From Candidatus Fervidifonticultor sextus (GTDB lineage Bacteria; Sysuimicrobiota; Sysuimicrobiia; Sysuimicrobiales; Humicultoraceae), in assembly GCA_031459875.1 (NCBI GenBank), contig JAVKHQ010000010.1, positions 22,281 to 86,280 of the forward strand: 64,000 bases of DNA, in the 5' to 3' direction. The position numbers were made by a program, and so were the translations under genes. The notes beneath the pieces were generated by a model. It saw nothing but the letters and a program-made list of their open reading frames with translations, ran no database searches and was not told where the DNA came from. Below are positions 1 through 9,654 of the stretch, piece after piece. Numbering within the stretch: the stretch's first letter is position 1; every line of letters begins with the position of its first letter.

Positions 1-159
1 CCCGGGGACCCTGCTGGCCACGCTGACCTCGGTGGCCTCTATCGTGCCAAAGGCCCGCAGCGTGCCGGGTGAGGGCGGCGGCCAGAGGGACGTCCGCGCC
101 CACAGGGCCGTCGCGGCGAGACCTGCGATCACGATGAGCACGCCCAGGCGCCGCCTCAT
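1..159 (-). CDS. HlyD/efflux RND periplasmic adaptor subunit, N-terminal part (runs off window edge)
   Basis: Manual translation MRRRLGVLIVIAGLAATALWARTSLWPPPSPGTLRAFGTIEATEVSVASRVPG: membrane anchor followed by the GxIEAxEVxVAS-x-VxG motif; ATGA overlap with the TetR stop. Confidence 0.75.
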   Translation of the reverse strand, partial: MRRRLGVLIVIAGLAATALWARTSLWPPPSPGTLRAFGTIEATEVSVASRVPG

Positions 160-866
160 GGATCTCCCTCCAGGGGCCCGCCGAGGGCGCGTGCCAGGTG
201 CGCCCCGGCCGGGCTGAGAGAACCGTGGGTCCCCCTCAGCACGCCGGTGAGGAAGAGCCGTACGTTCTCACGGACGACGGTGGCGTAGGCGGCGTCCGTC
301 ATCTTCGCGCCTCCGAGCACCTCCAGGACCATCACGGAGGCGATCATCAGCATCGGCAGCGCCCGCGCGGCCACGGCCGGATCCAGGTCCGCCCGGTAGA
401 GGCCGGTCCGCATGCCCTCCCGCAGGTGGGCTTCCAGGACGCGGGCGGCTGCCAGGGGCAGGAGCCGCATGTATTGCTGACGCGCCGAAGCGCTCAGGTG
501 CGGGGTCGCGGAGAGCATGACCTTCACGAACCGGATGTGGGTTCTGATCCGCCGGATCGCTTCGCCGCCGAACGCCTGCAGGACGCGCTCCACCTCGTCG
601 GCCGTTCGGACCCGAGCCAGCCGGGCCGCCAGGTCTTCGAGCACCCCTTCCATGATGGCCTGTCGGGGGATGTGCGCCAGCAGGTCGTCCTTGCTGCGGA
701 AATAGTTGTAGATCGTACCCTCGGCGACCCGGGCGGCGCGGGCAATGTCCTGGATGGTGGCGGTGGGGTAGCCTTTCGCCGCGAAGACGCGCAGCGCCGC
801 CTTCAGGATCTGACGCCGTCGCGCTTCCGTCAGGGCCTGCTTGGCCTGGAGGGTGAGGTGAGGCAC
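156..866 (-). CDS. TetR/AcrR family transcriptional regulator
   Basis: HTH signature RRRQILKAALRVFAAKGYPTATIQDIARAARVAEGTIYNYFRSKDDLL; GTG at 866 preceded by a GGAGG RBS (ORF track extends to 902). Confidence 0.93.
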   Translation of the reverse strand: MPHLTLQAKQALTEARRRQILKAALRVFAAKGYPTATIQDIARAARVAEGTIYNYFRSKDDLLAHIPRQAIMEGVLEDLAARLARVRTADEVERVLQAFGGEAIRRIRTHIRFVKVMLSATPHLSASARQQYMRLLPLAAARVLEAHLREGMRTGLYRADLDPAVAARALPMLMIASVMVLEVLGGAKMTDAAYATVVRENVRLFLTGVLRGTHGSLSPAGAHLARALGGPLEGDP

Positions 867-879
867 CGCGGCCTCCAAA

Positions 880-902
880 TTGATGAGTGAGTGCACATTC
901 AA
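880..902. promoter_or_regulatory. Probable TetR operator (imperfect palindrome)
   Basis: AT-rich TTGATGAGTGAGTGCACATTCAA directly upstream of the TetR RBS. Confidence 0.5.
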
Positions 903-953
903 TAAGTTAACACGCTGAAAGGCGGGGCGTGTCAGGAAACATGCGGGCGGGGC

Positions 954-3455
954 TCAGCCTTCCGGGTGGCCGCCCGCCGGCGGGTCGGGGTCCGAGGCCG
1001 GAGCGGGTTCCCGTTCCGCCGCCTCCTCGCGGGCCTGCCCGTCCCGCTCGGGGCGCGGCGGGCCGAACCGCCGCAGGTGCTCGGCAAGTTCGGCCAGCCG
1101 ACGGCTGACCAGGTGGTTGACCGTCCCCTCGGGGTAGTTCCCATCGGCGTCGGCGACGCCCGCGGGCATGCCGGTCAGGACCTCGAGTCCTTCGTCGATG
1201 GTCCGCACGGCCCAGATGTGGAACCTTCCCTCCCGGACCGCCTGCGCGACCTCGTCGTTCAGCATGAGGTTGCGCAGGTTCTGGTGGGGGATCAGCACCC
1301 CCTGCCGGCCCGTCAGCCCCATCGTCTTGCACGCATAGTAGAACCCTTCGATCTTCTCGTTGACGCCGCCGATGGGCTGGATCTCGCCCTTCTGGTTGAC
1401 CGAGCCGGTCACGGCGATCCCCTGGTCGATGGGGACGCCCGACAGTTCCGAGAGCAGCGCGTACAGTTCGGTGGAGGCGGCCGAGTCGCCCTCGACCTCC
1501 TCGTAGGTCTGTTCGAAGGTGAGGGACGCGTTCAACGACAGCGGCCGCTGCTGGGCGAACTTGCCGCCCAGGTAGGCCGCCAGGGTGAGCACGCCCTTGG
1601 TGTGGATGCGCCCGGACAGCTGGGTTTCCCGCTCGATGTTCACGACGCCGCGGCTGCCGACGAAGGTCCGGGCCGTGACGCGGGAAGGCTTGCCGAAGGC
1701 GTAGTCGCCCAGCATCAGGACCGACAGCCCGTTCACCTGGCCGACAGCGGTCCCGTCGGTGCTCACCAGCAACTGGCCGTCGCGGAGCAGCGTCCGGATG
1801 CGCTCCTCGACCCGATTGCTGCGGCGGATCTTCTCATCGATGGCGCGGCGCACATGCTCGGAGGAGACCCGATCTGCGCCCTCGCTCCGAGCCCACGCCG
1901 AGGCTTCGTAGATGACATCCGCCATCTCGTTGAAGCGCATGGAGAGCCGGTGCTGGTCTTCGGCCAGACGGGCGCTGTGCTCCAGGACGCGCGCCACGGC
2001 GGCGCGGTCGAAGGGCAGCAGGCCTTCGCGCCGGCAGATGGCGCCGATCGCCCGGGCGTAGTCCAGCATGGCGTCGGCGGTGCGCTCCACGTCGATGTCG
2101 AAGTCGGCCTTGATCTTGAACAACTTGGGGAAGTCCTCATCGAACAGGTAGAGCAGGTGATAGATCAGCCAGGGGCCGATCAGGACCACCTTGACGTTGA
2201 GCGGGATCGGCTCGGGCCGCAGCGTCGCCGTGGCGAAGAGGCCGTACTGCTCCGCGATGTTCTCGATGCGGACCTCGCGGCTCTTGAGGGCGCGCTTGAG
2301 CCCCTCCCACGCGAACGGCGAGACCAGCAGGTCGCGGGCCTGGAGGACCAGGTAGCCCCCGTTGGCGCGATGCAGCGCGCCGGGCTTGATCATCGTGAAG
2401 TCGGTGACCATGGTGCCGAACTCGCCACGGAACTCCGTCTTGCCGAACAGGTTGTAGTACGTCGGGTTCAGTTCCAGCACGACGGGCGCGCCCCTCGCCT
2501 GGCTGTTGTCGATGAACAGGTTGACCTGGTACCGGGTGAACTCGGGCCGCCGGGGCAGGAACGGGAGGGGCGGCGGCTGGGCTTCCTCTTTGAAGTCGTC
2601 GTGGCGCTCCACCACGTCGGCCAGGAGGCGGTCGAGCCACTCCACGAGGCGCGGGTGATCGGCGTAGCGCTGCTTGAGCGCATTCACGGCGTGGCCGGCC
2701 ACCGACCGCACCGCCGAGCGCTCCAGTTCGGTCAGCGCCTCTTTGGCTTCGCGCTCGATGTTGCGGACCTTCCGGGTGGCCTCGCCGACGCTTTCCTGCA
2801 GCGCCCGCGCCCGGCGCTCGAGTTCCTCCCGGTGGGCCGGGGAGAGCTGCGCGAGCTGCTCGTCCCCGATCGGCTCCCCCGACGGCGAGATCGGGACGGT
2901 CGCGATCCCCACGGGCGTGCGCTGGAGGGCGAACCCGAGCCGCCGGGCTTCCTGTTCCAGTTCGCGCCAGATCCCGCTGGCCTGCTGCTCGAACTGCTGC
3001 ATTACCGCGCTGCGCTTGGACTCGAACGTCTCGCTGGCGAACAGCTTGCGGATGGCGTCCTTCAGCTCGTCGACGAGCCGCTCCATGTCCCGCCGGAACT
3101 GAGCCCCCATCCCCGGCGGCAGCGAGATCGCCATGGGCTGGTCCGGCTGCCGGAAGTTGTGAACGTAGATCCAGTCGGGCGGCGCCGGCTGCCTGGACGC
3201 GATCTCGTCCACCTTGCTGCGGGTGTAGGTGGTCCGGCCGGTGCCCGGCGGCCCGGCCACGAAGATGTTGTAGCCGGTCTGCGGGACGATCAGGCCGAAG
3301 TCGAGGGCGCGGACGGCCCGGTCCTGGCCTACGATACTGTCCCCGGGCGGCAGGTCGGCGGTCGTCTCGAAGGGCAGGTCCTCCGGCCGGCACGTCCACC
3401 GCACCTGCTCGGGAAGGACCCGACGGGCCTGGCGAAGTTCATCACCGGCGCTCAT
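954..3455 (-). CDS. Lon-like protease, LonC-type (AAA-like domain + S16 peptidase)
   Basis: Degenerate Walker A GPPGTGRT, GALHRANGGYLVL without Walker B acids, coiled-coil insertion, catalytic EGDSA Ser and GGVNEK Lys. Confidence 0.9.
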   Translation of the reverse strand: MSAGDELRQARRVLPEQVRWTCRPEDLPFETTADLPPGDSIVGQDRAVRALDFGLIVPQTGYNIFVAGPPGTGRTTYTRSKVDEIASRQPAPPDWIYVHNFRQPDQPMAISLPPGMGAQFRRDMERLVDELKDAIRKLFASETFESKRSAVMQQFEQQASGIWRELEQEARRLGFALQRTPVGIATVPISPSGEPIGDEQLAQLSPAHREELERRARALQESVGEATRKVRNIEREAKEALTELERSAVRSVAGHAVNALKQRYADHPRLVEWLDRLLADVVERHDDFKEEAQPPPLPFLPRRPEFTRYQVNLFIDNSQARGAPVVLELNPTYYNLFGKTEFRGEFGTMVTDFTMIKPGALHRANGGYLVLQARDLLVSPFAWEGLKRALKSREVRIENIAEQYGLFATATLRPEPIPLNVKVVLIGPWLIYHLLYLFDEDFPKLFKIKADFDIDVERTADAMLDYARAIGAICRREGLLPFDRAAVARVLEHSARLAEDQHRLSMRFNEMADVIYEASAWARSEGADRVSSEHVRRAIDEKIRRSNRVEERIRTLLRDGQLLVSTDGTAVGQVNGLSVLMLGDYAFGKPSRVTARTFVGSRGVVNIERETQLSGRIHTKGVLTLAAYLGGKFAQQRPLSLNASLTFEQTYEEVEGDSAASTELYALLSELSGVPIDQGIAVTGSVNQKGEIQPIGGVNEKIEGFYYACKTMGLTGRQGVLIPHQNLRNLMLNDEVAQAVREGRFHIWAVRTIDEGLEVLTGMPAGVADADGNYPEGTVNHLVSRRLAELAEHLRRFGPPRPERDGQAREEAAEREPAPASDPDPPAGGHPEG

Positions 3456-3621
3456 TGTGGTGTTTCATTCGGGGGGTAGGGGAACCTCTCCTATCGAAGT
3501 TTGGAAGGCGAAGCCCCGGCGGGCCGGCCGCCGGGTACCGGCAGGGCGGAGGCGATCGGCATGGGGACCCACCGGCTGTATGCCCGCATCGCGGGGATGA
3601 AACCGTAGGGGCGCTGCCGGC

Positions 3622-4491
3622 GTGGTCGACGTCGCCTTCCTCGGGCATTTCGCCAGGGACCGGCTGGTCTGGCGCGGCGTCGCCGAGACCGCGTCGGGGG
3701 GCGGCGTCTACTACGGCTCCCTGGCGCTGCGCCGGCTGGGGTTTTCCGTGGCGGTCATCACGAAGCTGCACCCGGACGACTTCGGCCATCTGGACGAACT
3801 GCGCCGCGAGGGGATCACCGTGTACGCCTCGCCGGCCGGCCAGACCACCGGCATCGAGAACATCTACCCCACGGAAGACATGGACCGCCGGATCTGCCGC
3901 CTGCTGGGGTGTGCCGGACCGTTTACACCCGGAGAGGTCCCGGTCGTCGAGGCCCGCGTCATCATCGTGACGCCGCTGGTGGCCGGGGAAGTCGGCGCCG
4001 AGATCGTCCGCCTGCTGGTCGCGCGCGGCCCGCTCGGCCTGGACGTCCAGGGGTTCGTGCGGGTGCCGATAGACGACTCGCTGGTGACCAGGGACTGGCC
4101 GGGGAAAACCAGGGATCTCGCCGGGGTGAGGTACGTGAAGGCCGACGACGCCGAAGCCGAGGTGCTGACCGGGAAGACGGACATGCGGGAGGCGGCGCGC
4201 GCCCTGGCCGCGCTCGGTCCCCGGGAAGTGGTGCTCACCCACAGGCGCGGCGTGCTGGTCTACGCCGACGGGACGTTCCACGAAGCCCCATTTGCGCCCC
4301 GGACCATCAGGGGCCGCACCGGCCGCGGGGACACCTGCTTTTCGACCTACGTGGCGTCGCGGTTGGACCTGGCGCCAGGCGAGGCGTGCCGGTTGGCCGC
4401 GGCAGTGACCTCCCTCAAGATGGAGCACCCGGGTCCCTACCGCGGCACCCGCGAAGACGCCGAACGGTTCCTGGCGAGCCCCCCGGGTTGA
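3622..4491 (+). CDS. PfkB/ribokinase family carbohydrate kinase
   Basis: N-terminal GGGVYYG and C-terminal RTGRGDTCF motifs. Confidence 0.85.
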   Translation: MVDVAFLGHFARDRLVWRGVAETASGGGVYYGSLALRRLGFSVAVITKLHPDDFGHLDELRREGITVYASPAGQTTGIENIYPTEDMDRRICRLLGCAGPFTPGEVPVVEARVIIVTPLVAGEVGAEIVRLLVARGPLGLDVQGFVRVPIDDSLVTRDWPGKTRDLAGVRYVKADDAEAEVLTGKTDMREAARALAALGPREVVLTHRRGVLVYADGTFHEAPFAPRTIRGRTGRGDTCFSTYVASRLDLAPGEACRLAAAVTSLKMEHPGPYRGTREDAERFLASPPG

Positions 4492-4502
4492 CCCCGACTC
4501 CC

Positions 4503-5711
4503 ATGAAGATCGGGGTGTTCGTCGACAGCTACAAGCCGATCGTCACCGGGGTCGTCCACAGCGTGGACCTCCTGCGCAGTGGCCTGGAAGCCCTGGGCCA
4601 TGAGGTCCATATTTTCGCCCCCGCCGCGCGGGGGTACCGGGATGTCGAGGATCGGGTGTACCGGTTCCCCGCGATCAACCTGTCCCGCAGGATTCCCTCT
4701 CCCCTGGCCCTGCCGGTCTCGCCCCGGGTGCTGGCGCTCATCCCCCGGCTGGGGCTGGATGTCATTCACACGCAGCATCCGTTCCCTATCGGTCGGCTCG
4801 GGGTGACCCTGGCGCGCCGCCTGGGGGTGCCGGCCGTCTACACCTTCCACACCCAGTACGAGCACTACGTGCACTACGTCCCGCTGCCCCGAGGGTTCGT
4901 CCGCGCTGCAGCCCGGTGGGCGGTCGTCGGCCAGGCGGAGCGATGTCAGCTGGTCATCTGCCCGGCTCCGTCGGTCCGCGACCTGCTCCTCTCCTACGGC
5001 ATCCGACGTCCCATCGAGATCCTGCCGAACCCCATCGACCTCGGGCGGTTCGCAGGCGCAGACGGCGGGGCAGCCCGCCGGCGCCTCGGGATCGCATCCG
5101 AAGAACGGGTCCTCCTCTACTGCGGACGCCTGGCCAGGGAGAAGAACCTCGCCTTCATGCTTCAGGCCCTGGCAGACGTGCTCGTCCGTCCGCCCGGCGC
5201 GCGGCTCCTCATCGTCGGCCACGGGACGGAGCGGGCAGCGCTGGCCCGCCTGGCGGCGTCCCTCGCCCTGGGCGACCGGGTGGTGTTCGCCGGCGAGGTG
5301 GCGTATGCCGACGTCGCCCAATACTACGCGGCCGCGGACCTGTTCGTGATGACGTCCGTGACCGAAGTGAAACCGCTGGCGGTGCTGGAAGCGATGGCCT
5401 CCGGACTGCCGGTGGTCGCCGTCGCCGCCCACGGGCTCAACGACACCGTGACCCACGGCGCGGATGGGCTGCTGACCGACCACGATCCCGCAGCGTTTGC
5501 CGATGCCGTCCGGCGCCTGCTGGCCGACGATGCCGGGCGCCGGATGATGGGCCGGCGCGCCCGGCAGACCGCCGAACAATACGACGTGCGCACCATCGCC
5601 CGGCGGCTGGCAGACCTCTACGCCGCGGCGCGGGACCTCCACCGGCAGGGGATCGGCGACGGCCGCCGGCAGGGCAGGAGTCGCGCGGCACCGTCCGAAG
5701 AAGTGCAGTGA
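4503..5711 (+). CDS. Glycosyltransferase family 4 (diacylglycerol glucosyltransferase-like)
   Basis: MKIGVFVDSYKPIVTGVV, HTQHPF, GRLAREKNL, EAMASGLPVV; ATG at 4503 inside ORF 3909..5711. Confidence 0.9.
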   Translation: MKIGVFVDSYKPIVTGVVHSVDLLRSGLEALGHEVHIFAPAARGYRDVEDRVYRFPAINLSRRIPSPLALPVSPRVLALIPRLGLDVIHTQHPFPIGRLGVTLARRLGVPAVYTFHTQYEHYVHYVPLPRGFVRAAARWAVVGQAERCQLVICPAPSVRDLLLSYGIRRPIEILPNPIDLGRFAGADGGAARRRLGIASEERVLLYCGRLAREKNLAFMLQALADVLVRPPGARLLIVGHGTERAALARLAASLALGDRVVFAGEVAYADVAQYYAAADLFVMTSVTEVKPLAVLEAMASGLPVVAVAAHGLNDTVTHGADGLLTDHDPAAFADAVRRLLADDAGRRMMGRRARQTAEQYDVRTIARRLADLYAAARDLHRQGIGDGRRQGRSRAAPSEEVQ

Positions 5712-5746
5712 CCCACACCGGCCTCGTGCCGACAAGGAGGTGGCGC

Positions 5747-6733
5747 ATGACAGGTCGCCGCACTGCCCTGCTGGTGGTGGTGGTGCTGGCCGCCGGGATG
5801 CTCGCCCGGCCCGCCGCGCTGTCCGCCCAGGCCCCGCTGAAGATCGGGTACCCCGTCTGGGTCGGCTACGGGCCCCTGTTCCTCGCCGAGAAGAAGGGCT
5901 TCCTCAAGGAACTGGGGACTGGGGTGGAGTTCGTCCTGATGGAGGACACCAAGCCCCGGTACGTGGCCCTGGCCGCCAAGCGCATCGACGGGCTGATGAC
6001 CACCATCGACACGGTCGTGCAGCGCGTGAAGCCCGACCTCCAGATGGCCGCCATCCTGGCCATGGACGACTCGAAGGGCGGGGACGGCATCGTCGCCCGC
6101 AAGGAGATCCAGTCCGTCCGGGACCTCAGGGGGAAGAAGGTGGCGTTCAGCGAGGGCTCCGTGAGCCACTTCTTCCTGGCCTTCCTGCTGCAGCAGCACG
6201 GGATGTCGCTGCGCGACATCACCCCGGTCAACATGACCGCCGGCGACGCGGGCGCCGCGTTCGTGGCCGGCAAGGTCGACGCGGCCGTCACCTGGGAACC
6301 CTGGCTGACCAGGGGCAAGCAGGCACCGCACGGCAAGGTGCTGGTGGACTCCTCGGCCACGCCCAACCTGATCGTGGACGTCCTGGTCTTCCGCAAGGAC
6401 GTCATCAAGGCCCGGCCCAAGGACATGGAGAACCTCGTGCGGGCCTGGGTCCGGGCCGTAGACTTCTGGAAGGCCAACCCCGACGAGGCCAACAAGATCA
6501 TGGCCGAAGCCGTGGGCGGCTGGCTGAAGGACCCTAAGGTGTTCGCCGAGACCCTCACCGGCATCCGCTACTATGACGCGGCGGCGTTGAAGGAGTTCTT
6601 CGGCACGAAGGCCGCGCCGGGTGCGGGCTACAAGACCGCGCAGTTCGCCATCGACCTGTGGACGCGGCTCGGCAAGGCCGGCATGAAGGGCATCAAGGCG
6701 GCGGACATCCTGGACGGGTCATTCGTGAAGTGA
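5747..6733 (+). CDS. NitT/TauT family ABC transporter substrate-binding protein
   Basis: AAGGAGGT RBS then ATG 5747; signal peptide; WVGYGPLFLA, SKGGDGIVA, DAAVTWEPW. Confidence 0.88.
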   Translation: MTGRRTALLVVVVLAAGMLARPAALSAQAPLKIGYPVWVGYGPLFLAEKKGFLKELGTGVEFVLMEDTKPRYVALAAKRIDGLMTTIDTVVQRVKPDLQMAAILAMDDSKGGDGIVARKEIQSVRDLRGKKVAFSEGSVSHFFLAFLLQQHGMSLRDITPVNMTAGDAGAAFVAGKVDAAVTWEPWLTRGKQAPHGKVLVDSSATPNLIVDVLVFRKDVIKARPKDMENLVRAWVRAVDFWKANPDEANKIMAEAVGGWLKDPKVFAETLTGIRYYDAAALKEFFGTKAAPGAGYKTAQFAIDLWTRLGKAGMKGIKAADILDGSFVK

Positions 6734-7551
6734 GGCCGGGCCGCAAGGGCCTGATCCAGCGTCTCAGCGAGATCCTGCGGCCGCACGAGCCGATCTCCCG
6801 CGCTGCGTACCTGGCGGGGGTCGCCGCGTCGGCCGCAGGTCTGTTGGCGGTCTGGGCGGGGCTCACCTACGGAGGCTTCGTCGCCCCCCTGTTCCTCCCG
6901 TCGCCATCGGACATCATCGGGGCGGCGGCCGAACTGCTCGCCGACGGCAGCCTGCTGGTGCACACGCAAGCCAGCGTGACGGTCATCGTCACGGGCTGGG
7001 CCCTGGCTGTGGCGCTGGCGGTGCCGCTGGGCATCCTGATGGGGACCCTCAAGTTCGTCGAGGCCCTGCTGGAGCCGGTGGTGGACTTCGTACGCTACCT
7101 GCCGGTCTCCGCCATGATCCCGCTGCTGATCCTCTATATCGGGATCGGCACCGCCGAGAAGGTGGCGGTGATTTTCATCGGCACGTTCTTCCAGTTGATC
7201 CTGCTGGTCGCGGATGTCTCGGCCAACGTCCCCAAGGACCTGCTGGATTCCGCCTACACGCTGGGCGCCAGGCGCGGCGACGTGTTCCGACGCGTCCTGC
7301 TGCCTGCGACCCTGCCCGGCGTGATGGACAACCTCCGCATCACCATGGGCTGGGCGTGGACCTACCTGATCGTCGCGGAACTCGTGGCCGCCGACCGCGG
7401 GCTGGGCTACATGATCCTGGACGCCGGCCGGGGTCTGTTCACCGACCGCATCTTCGTCGGGCTGTTCACCATCGGGCTGCTGGGGTTTGCATTTGACTTC
7501 ACGTTCAAATGGCTCCACCGGCTCCTGCTGCCGTGGTCGCCGAGGATCTGA
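6730..7551 (+). CDS. NitT/TauT family ABC transporter permease
   Basis: FLPSP, RYLPVSAMIPL, EAA-like DSAYTLGA, GWAWTYLIVAE; GTGA overlap. Confidence 0.9.
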   Translation: MRPGRKGLIQRLSEILRPHEPISRAAYLAGVAASAAGLLAVWAGLTYGGFVAPLFLPSPSDIIGAAAELLADGSLLVHTQASVTVIVTGWALAVALAVPLGILMGTLKFVEALLEPVVDFVRYLPVSAMIPLLILYIGIGTAEKVAVIFIGTFFQLILLVADVSANVPKDLLDSAYTLGARRGDVFRRVLLPATLPGVMDNLRITMGWAWTYLIVAELVAADRGLGYMILDAGRGLFTDRIFVGLFTIGLLGFAFDFTFKWLHRLLLPWSPRI

Positions 7552-8355
7552 GTGGTGACCCTCGTCATTCGCGACCTGAGCGTGGTCTTCACCCGGCGGC
7601 GGGGCGGGACGGTGACCGCCGTGGAGCACCTGACCCTGGAGGTGCGGGAGCAGGAGTTCGTCTCCATCGTCGGGCCGTCGGGCTGCGGGAAGTCCACGCT
7701 GTTGCGCATCGTCGCCGGCCTCATCCGACCCACCTCCGGCGAGGTCACCCTAAACGGCCACCCCGTCGAAGGACCCGGCGCCGACCGCGGCATGGTCTTC
7801 CAGTCCTACACCCTCTTCCCGTGGCTGACGGTGCAGGGCAACGTGGAGTTCGGGCTGCGGCTGCGCGGCCGGCCGGCCCAGGAGCGCCGGGAGGTCGTCC
7901 GCCGCTACCTGGACCTGGTCGGGCTGCAGGGCACCGAGCCTGCCTATCCCAAGGAACTATCAGGTGGCATGCAGCAGCGCGTGGCCATTGCCCGGGCGCT
8001 GGCCAACGATCCTGCGATCCTGCTCATGGACGAGCCGTTCGGCGCCCTCGATGCGCAGACCCGCGCGGTCATGCAGGAACTGCTCCTGCGGGTCTGGGAG
8101 CAGACCCACAAGACGGTGCTGTTCGTCACCCACGACATCGACGAGGCGATCCTGCTCTCCGACCGCGTCTACGTCATGACCGCGCGGCCCGGGCGGATCA
8201 AGGCCGAAGTGGCCGTGATCCTCCCGCGGCCCCGGGAGGTCGGTGTGATGGACACGCCAGCGTTCATTGCCCTGCGCCGGCAGATCCACGGGCTGATCCG
8301 GGATGAGATCCTGCGGGTGGTGGGCCAGGAGCGCCCGCGGTCGGGACGGGGTTGA
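7552..8355 (+). CDS. NitT/TauT family ABC transporter ATP-binding protein
   Basis: GPSGCGKST, LSGGMQQR, LLMDEPFGALD. Confidence 0.95.
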   Translation: MVTLVIRDLSVVFTRRRGGTVTAVEHLTLEVREQEFVSIVGPSGCGKSTLLRIVAGLIRPTSGEVTLNGHPVEGPGADRGMVFQSYTLFPWLTVQGNVEFGLRLRGRPAQERREVVRRYLDLVGLQGTEPAYPKELSGGMQQRVAIARALANDPAILLMDEPFGALDAQTRAVMQELLLRVWEQTHKTVLFVTHDIDEAILLSDRVYVMTARPGRIKAEVAVILPRPREVGVMDTPAFIALRRQIHGLIRDEILRVVGQERPRSGRG

Positions 8356-8405
8356 CACGTCCACATAGAGACTTAATCTTAATAGAGAATGAGTCTTCAT
8401 AAGAT
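8352..8405 (+). promoter_or_regulatory. Sigma70 promoter and AT-rich Fur/Per-type operator region
   Basis: TTGACA (8352-8357), 16 nt spacer, TAATCT (8374-8379); markedly AT-rich tract overlapping the start of a Fur-family gene. Confidence 0.6.
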
Positions 8406-8889
8406 AGATCTGGAATTCCTGCGGCGGGCCCTTCGAGCCACCCGGCACCGGATGACCGCGCAGCGGGTGGCCGTCTTCGAGGCCCTCCAGATGTCCCGCG
8501 ACCACCCCTCGGCCGAGGCGCTCCTCCGGCGGGTCCGGCGGCGGTACCCCACCCTCAGCCGCGCCTCCGTCTACAACGCGTTGAACCTGTTCACATCCCT
8601 CGGCCTGGTGGCCGCGCTCGACGGACCCGACGGCTTGGCCCGCTACGACCCGGGCACGTTGCCGCACGCCAACGTGGTCTGCGTGCGGTGCGGGGCGATT
8701 GACGACGTCACCGATCCAGGCATCCCGGCGCTGCTCCGGCGTGCGGCCGGGCGATCCGGATTCGTGCTGGAGCCGTATCTGACCGTGCGGGGCCTCTGCC
8801 CCGCATGCGCACGAACACCTCACGGGAAGGACAGGAGGAGGATCCATGGGACAGCAAGGACGCGCTATCGTCGAACTGAACGTCGATGA
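8389..8889 (+). CDS. Fur family transcriptional regulator (PerR-like)
   Basis: TAQR, HPSAE, SRASVYNAL, RYD, H-x-N-x-x-CxxC and terminal CxxC. Confidence 0.88.
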   Translation: MSLHKIDLEFLRRALRATRHRMTAQRVAVFEALQMSRDHPSAEALLRRVRRRYPTLSRASVYNALNLFTSLGLVAALDGPDGLARYDPGTLPHANVVCVRCGAIDDVTDPGIPALLRRAAGRSGFVLEPYLTVRGLCPACARTPHGKDRRRIHGTARTRYRRTERR

Positions 8890-9334
8890 ACTCATCGGCG
8901 AACTCAAGAAGGCCTACCTGGACGAGTTGCTGGCGTTCTACTCGTACTGGATCACCGCGCAGGTCGCCGAGGGGTTCCACGGCGAGGAGTTGACCGAGCA
9001 CTTCACCGAGGAGGCGACGGCGGAACTGGGGCATGCCAGGGCCCTGGCCCGACGCATCATCGAGTTGGGCGGTGACCCCGTCGTGCACCCCAGAGACTGG
9101 GAGGCGGGGGCCAACGCGCCGTGGACGGCTCCGCGGTCCGAATGGAGTGACGCCGACGGCATGGTGGAGGATCAGATCAAGGCCGAACGGGGCGCCATCG
9201 CGGCCTACAACCGGCTCTGCAAGATGACGTTTGGGAAGGACCCGGTGACCTACGCGCTGGCCTCGGAGCTGCTGAAAGACGAGGTCGGGCACGAGGAGTT
9301 CCTGGAGAACCTCCTGGCGCGCACACACCGGTAA
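8846..9334 (+). CDS. Ferritin-like protein (Dps-like/DPSL type)
   Basis: AYLDELLAFYSYW, ELGHA..ARRIIELGG, AERGAI, KDPVTY, DEVGHE diiron pattern; GGAGGAGG RBS. Confidence 0.85.
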   Translation: MGQQGRAIVELNVDELIGELKKAYLDELLAFYSYWITAQVAEGFHGEELTEHFTEEATAELGHARALARRIIELGGDPVVHPRDWEAGANAPWTAPRSEWSDADGMVEDQIKAERGAIAAYNRLCKMTFGKDPVTYALASELLKDEVGHEEFLENLLARTHR

Positions 9335-9345
9335 GTGAGGGCACG

Positions 9346-9654
9346 GTGCCGCGTGTCGTCGGAGTGGGGCTGCTGGTCCTGGCGATCGCCGGCGGCCCCA
9401 CCTCCCCCGCGCCGGCCGCAGCCATCCCCCCGGCCATGATGCAGACCAACAACTTCCCGGACTACCTGCGGGAATGGCAGCCGGCGGAGATCCCGGGAGG
9501 GCTGCCGTCTGCCGGCGGGTGGCACCGGATGAAGCCGGCGAGTAAGGTCGCAGGGCTCCCCGCGCAGCCTCCGAACCGCCCGGTGGTCAGGTCCCCAGCC
9601 CCATCACCACCTCCGAGAAGATGCCCAGGCCCTCCTCCAGCTCCTCACGGCTGA
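9346..9654 (+). CDS. Possible small exported protein or gene remnant
   Basis: Signal-peptide-like N-terminus; 3' end overlaps the convergent aminotransferase, so doubtful. Confidence 0.3.
   Translation: MPRVVGVGLLVLAIAGGPTSPAPAAAIPPAMMQTNNFPDYLREWQPAEIPGGLPSAGGWHRMKPASKVAGLPAQPPNRPVVRSPAPSPPPRRCPGPPPAPHG

Noticed and set aside
954..3455. Degenerate Walker motifs as a sign of pseudogenisation
   Set aside because: Typical of LonC-type proteases; the ORF and Ser-Lys dyad are intact.
966..3479. Long antisense and alternate-frame ORFs (e.g. 966..3479+, 16399..19125+, 50933..53536+, 54816..57509-)
   Set aside because: Shadow ORFs expected in high-GC DNA; they overlap well-supported genes and have no motifs.
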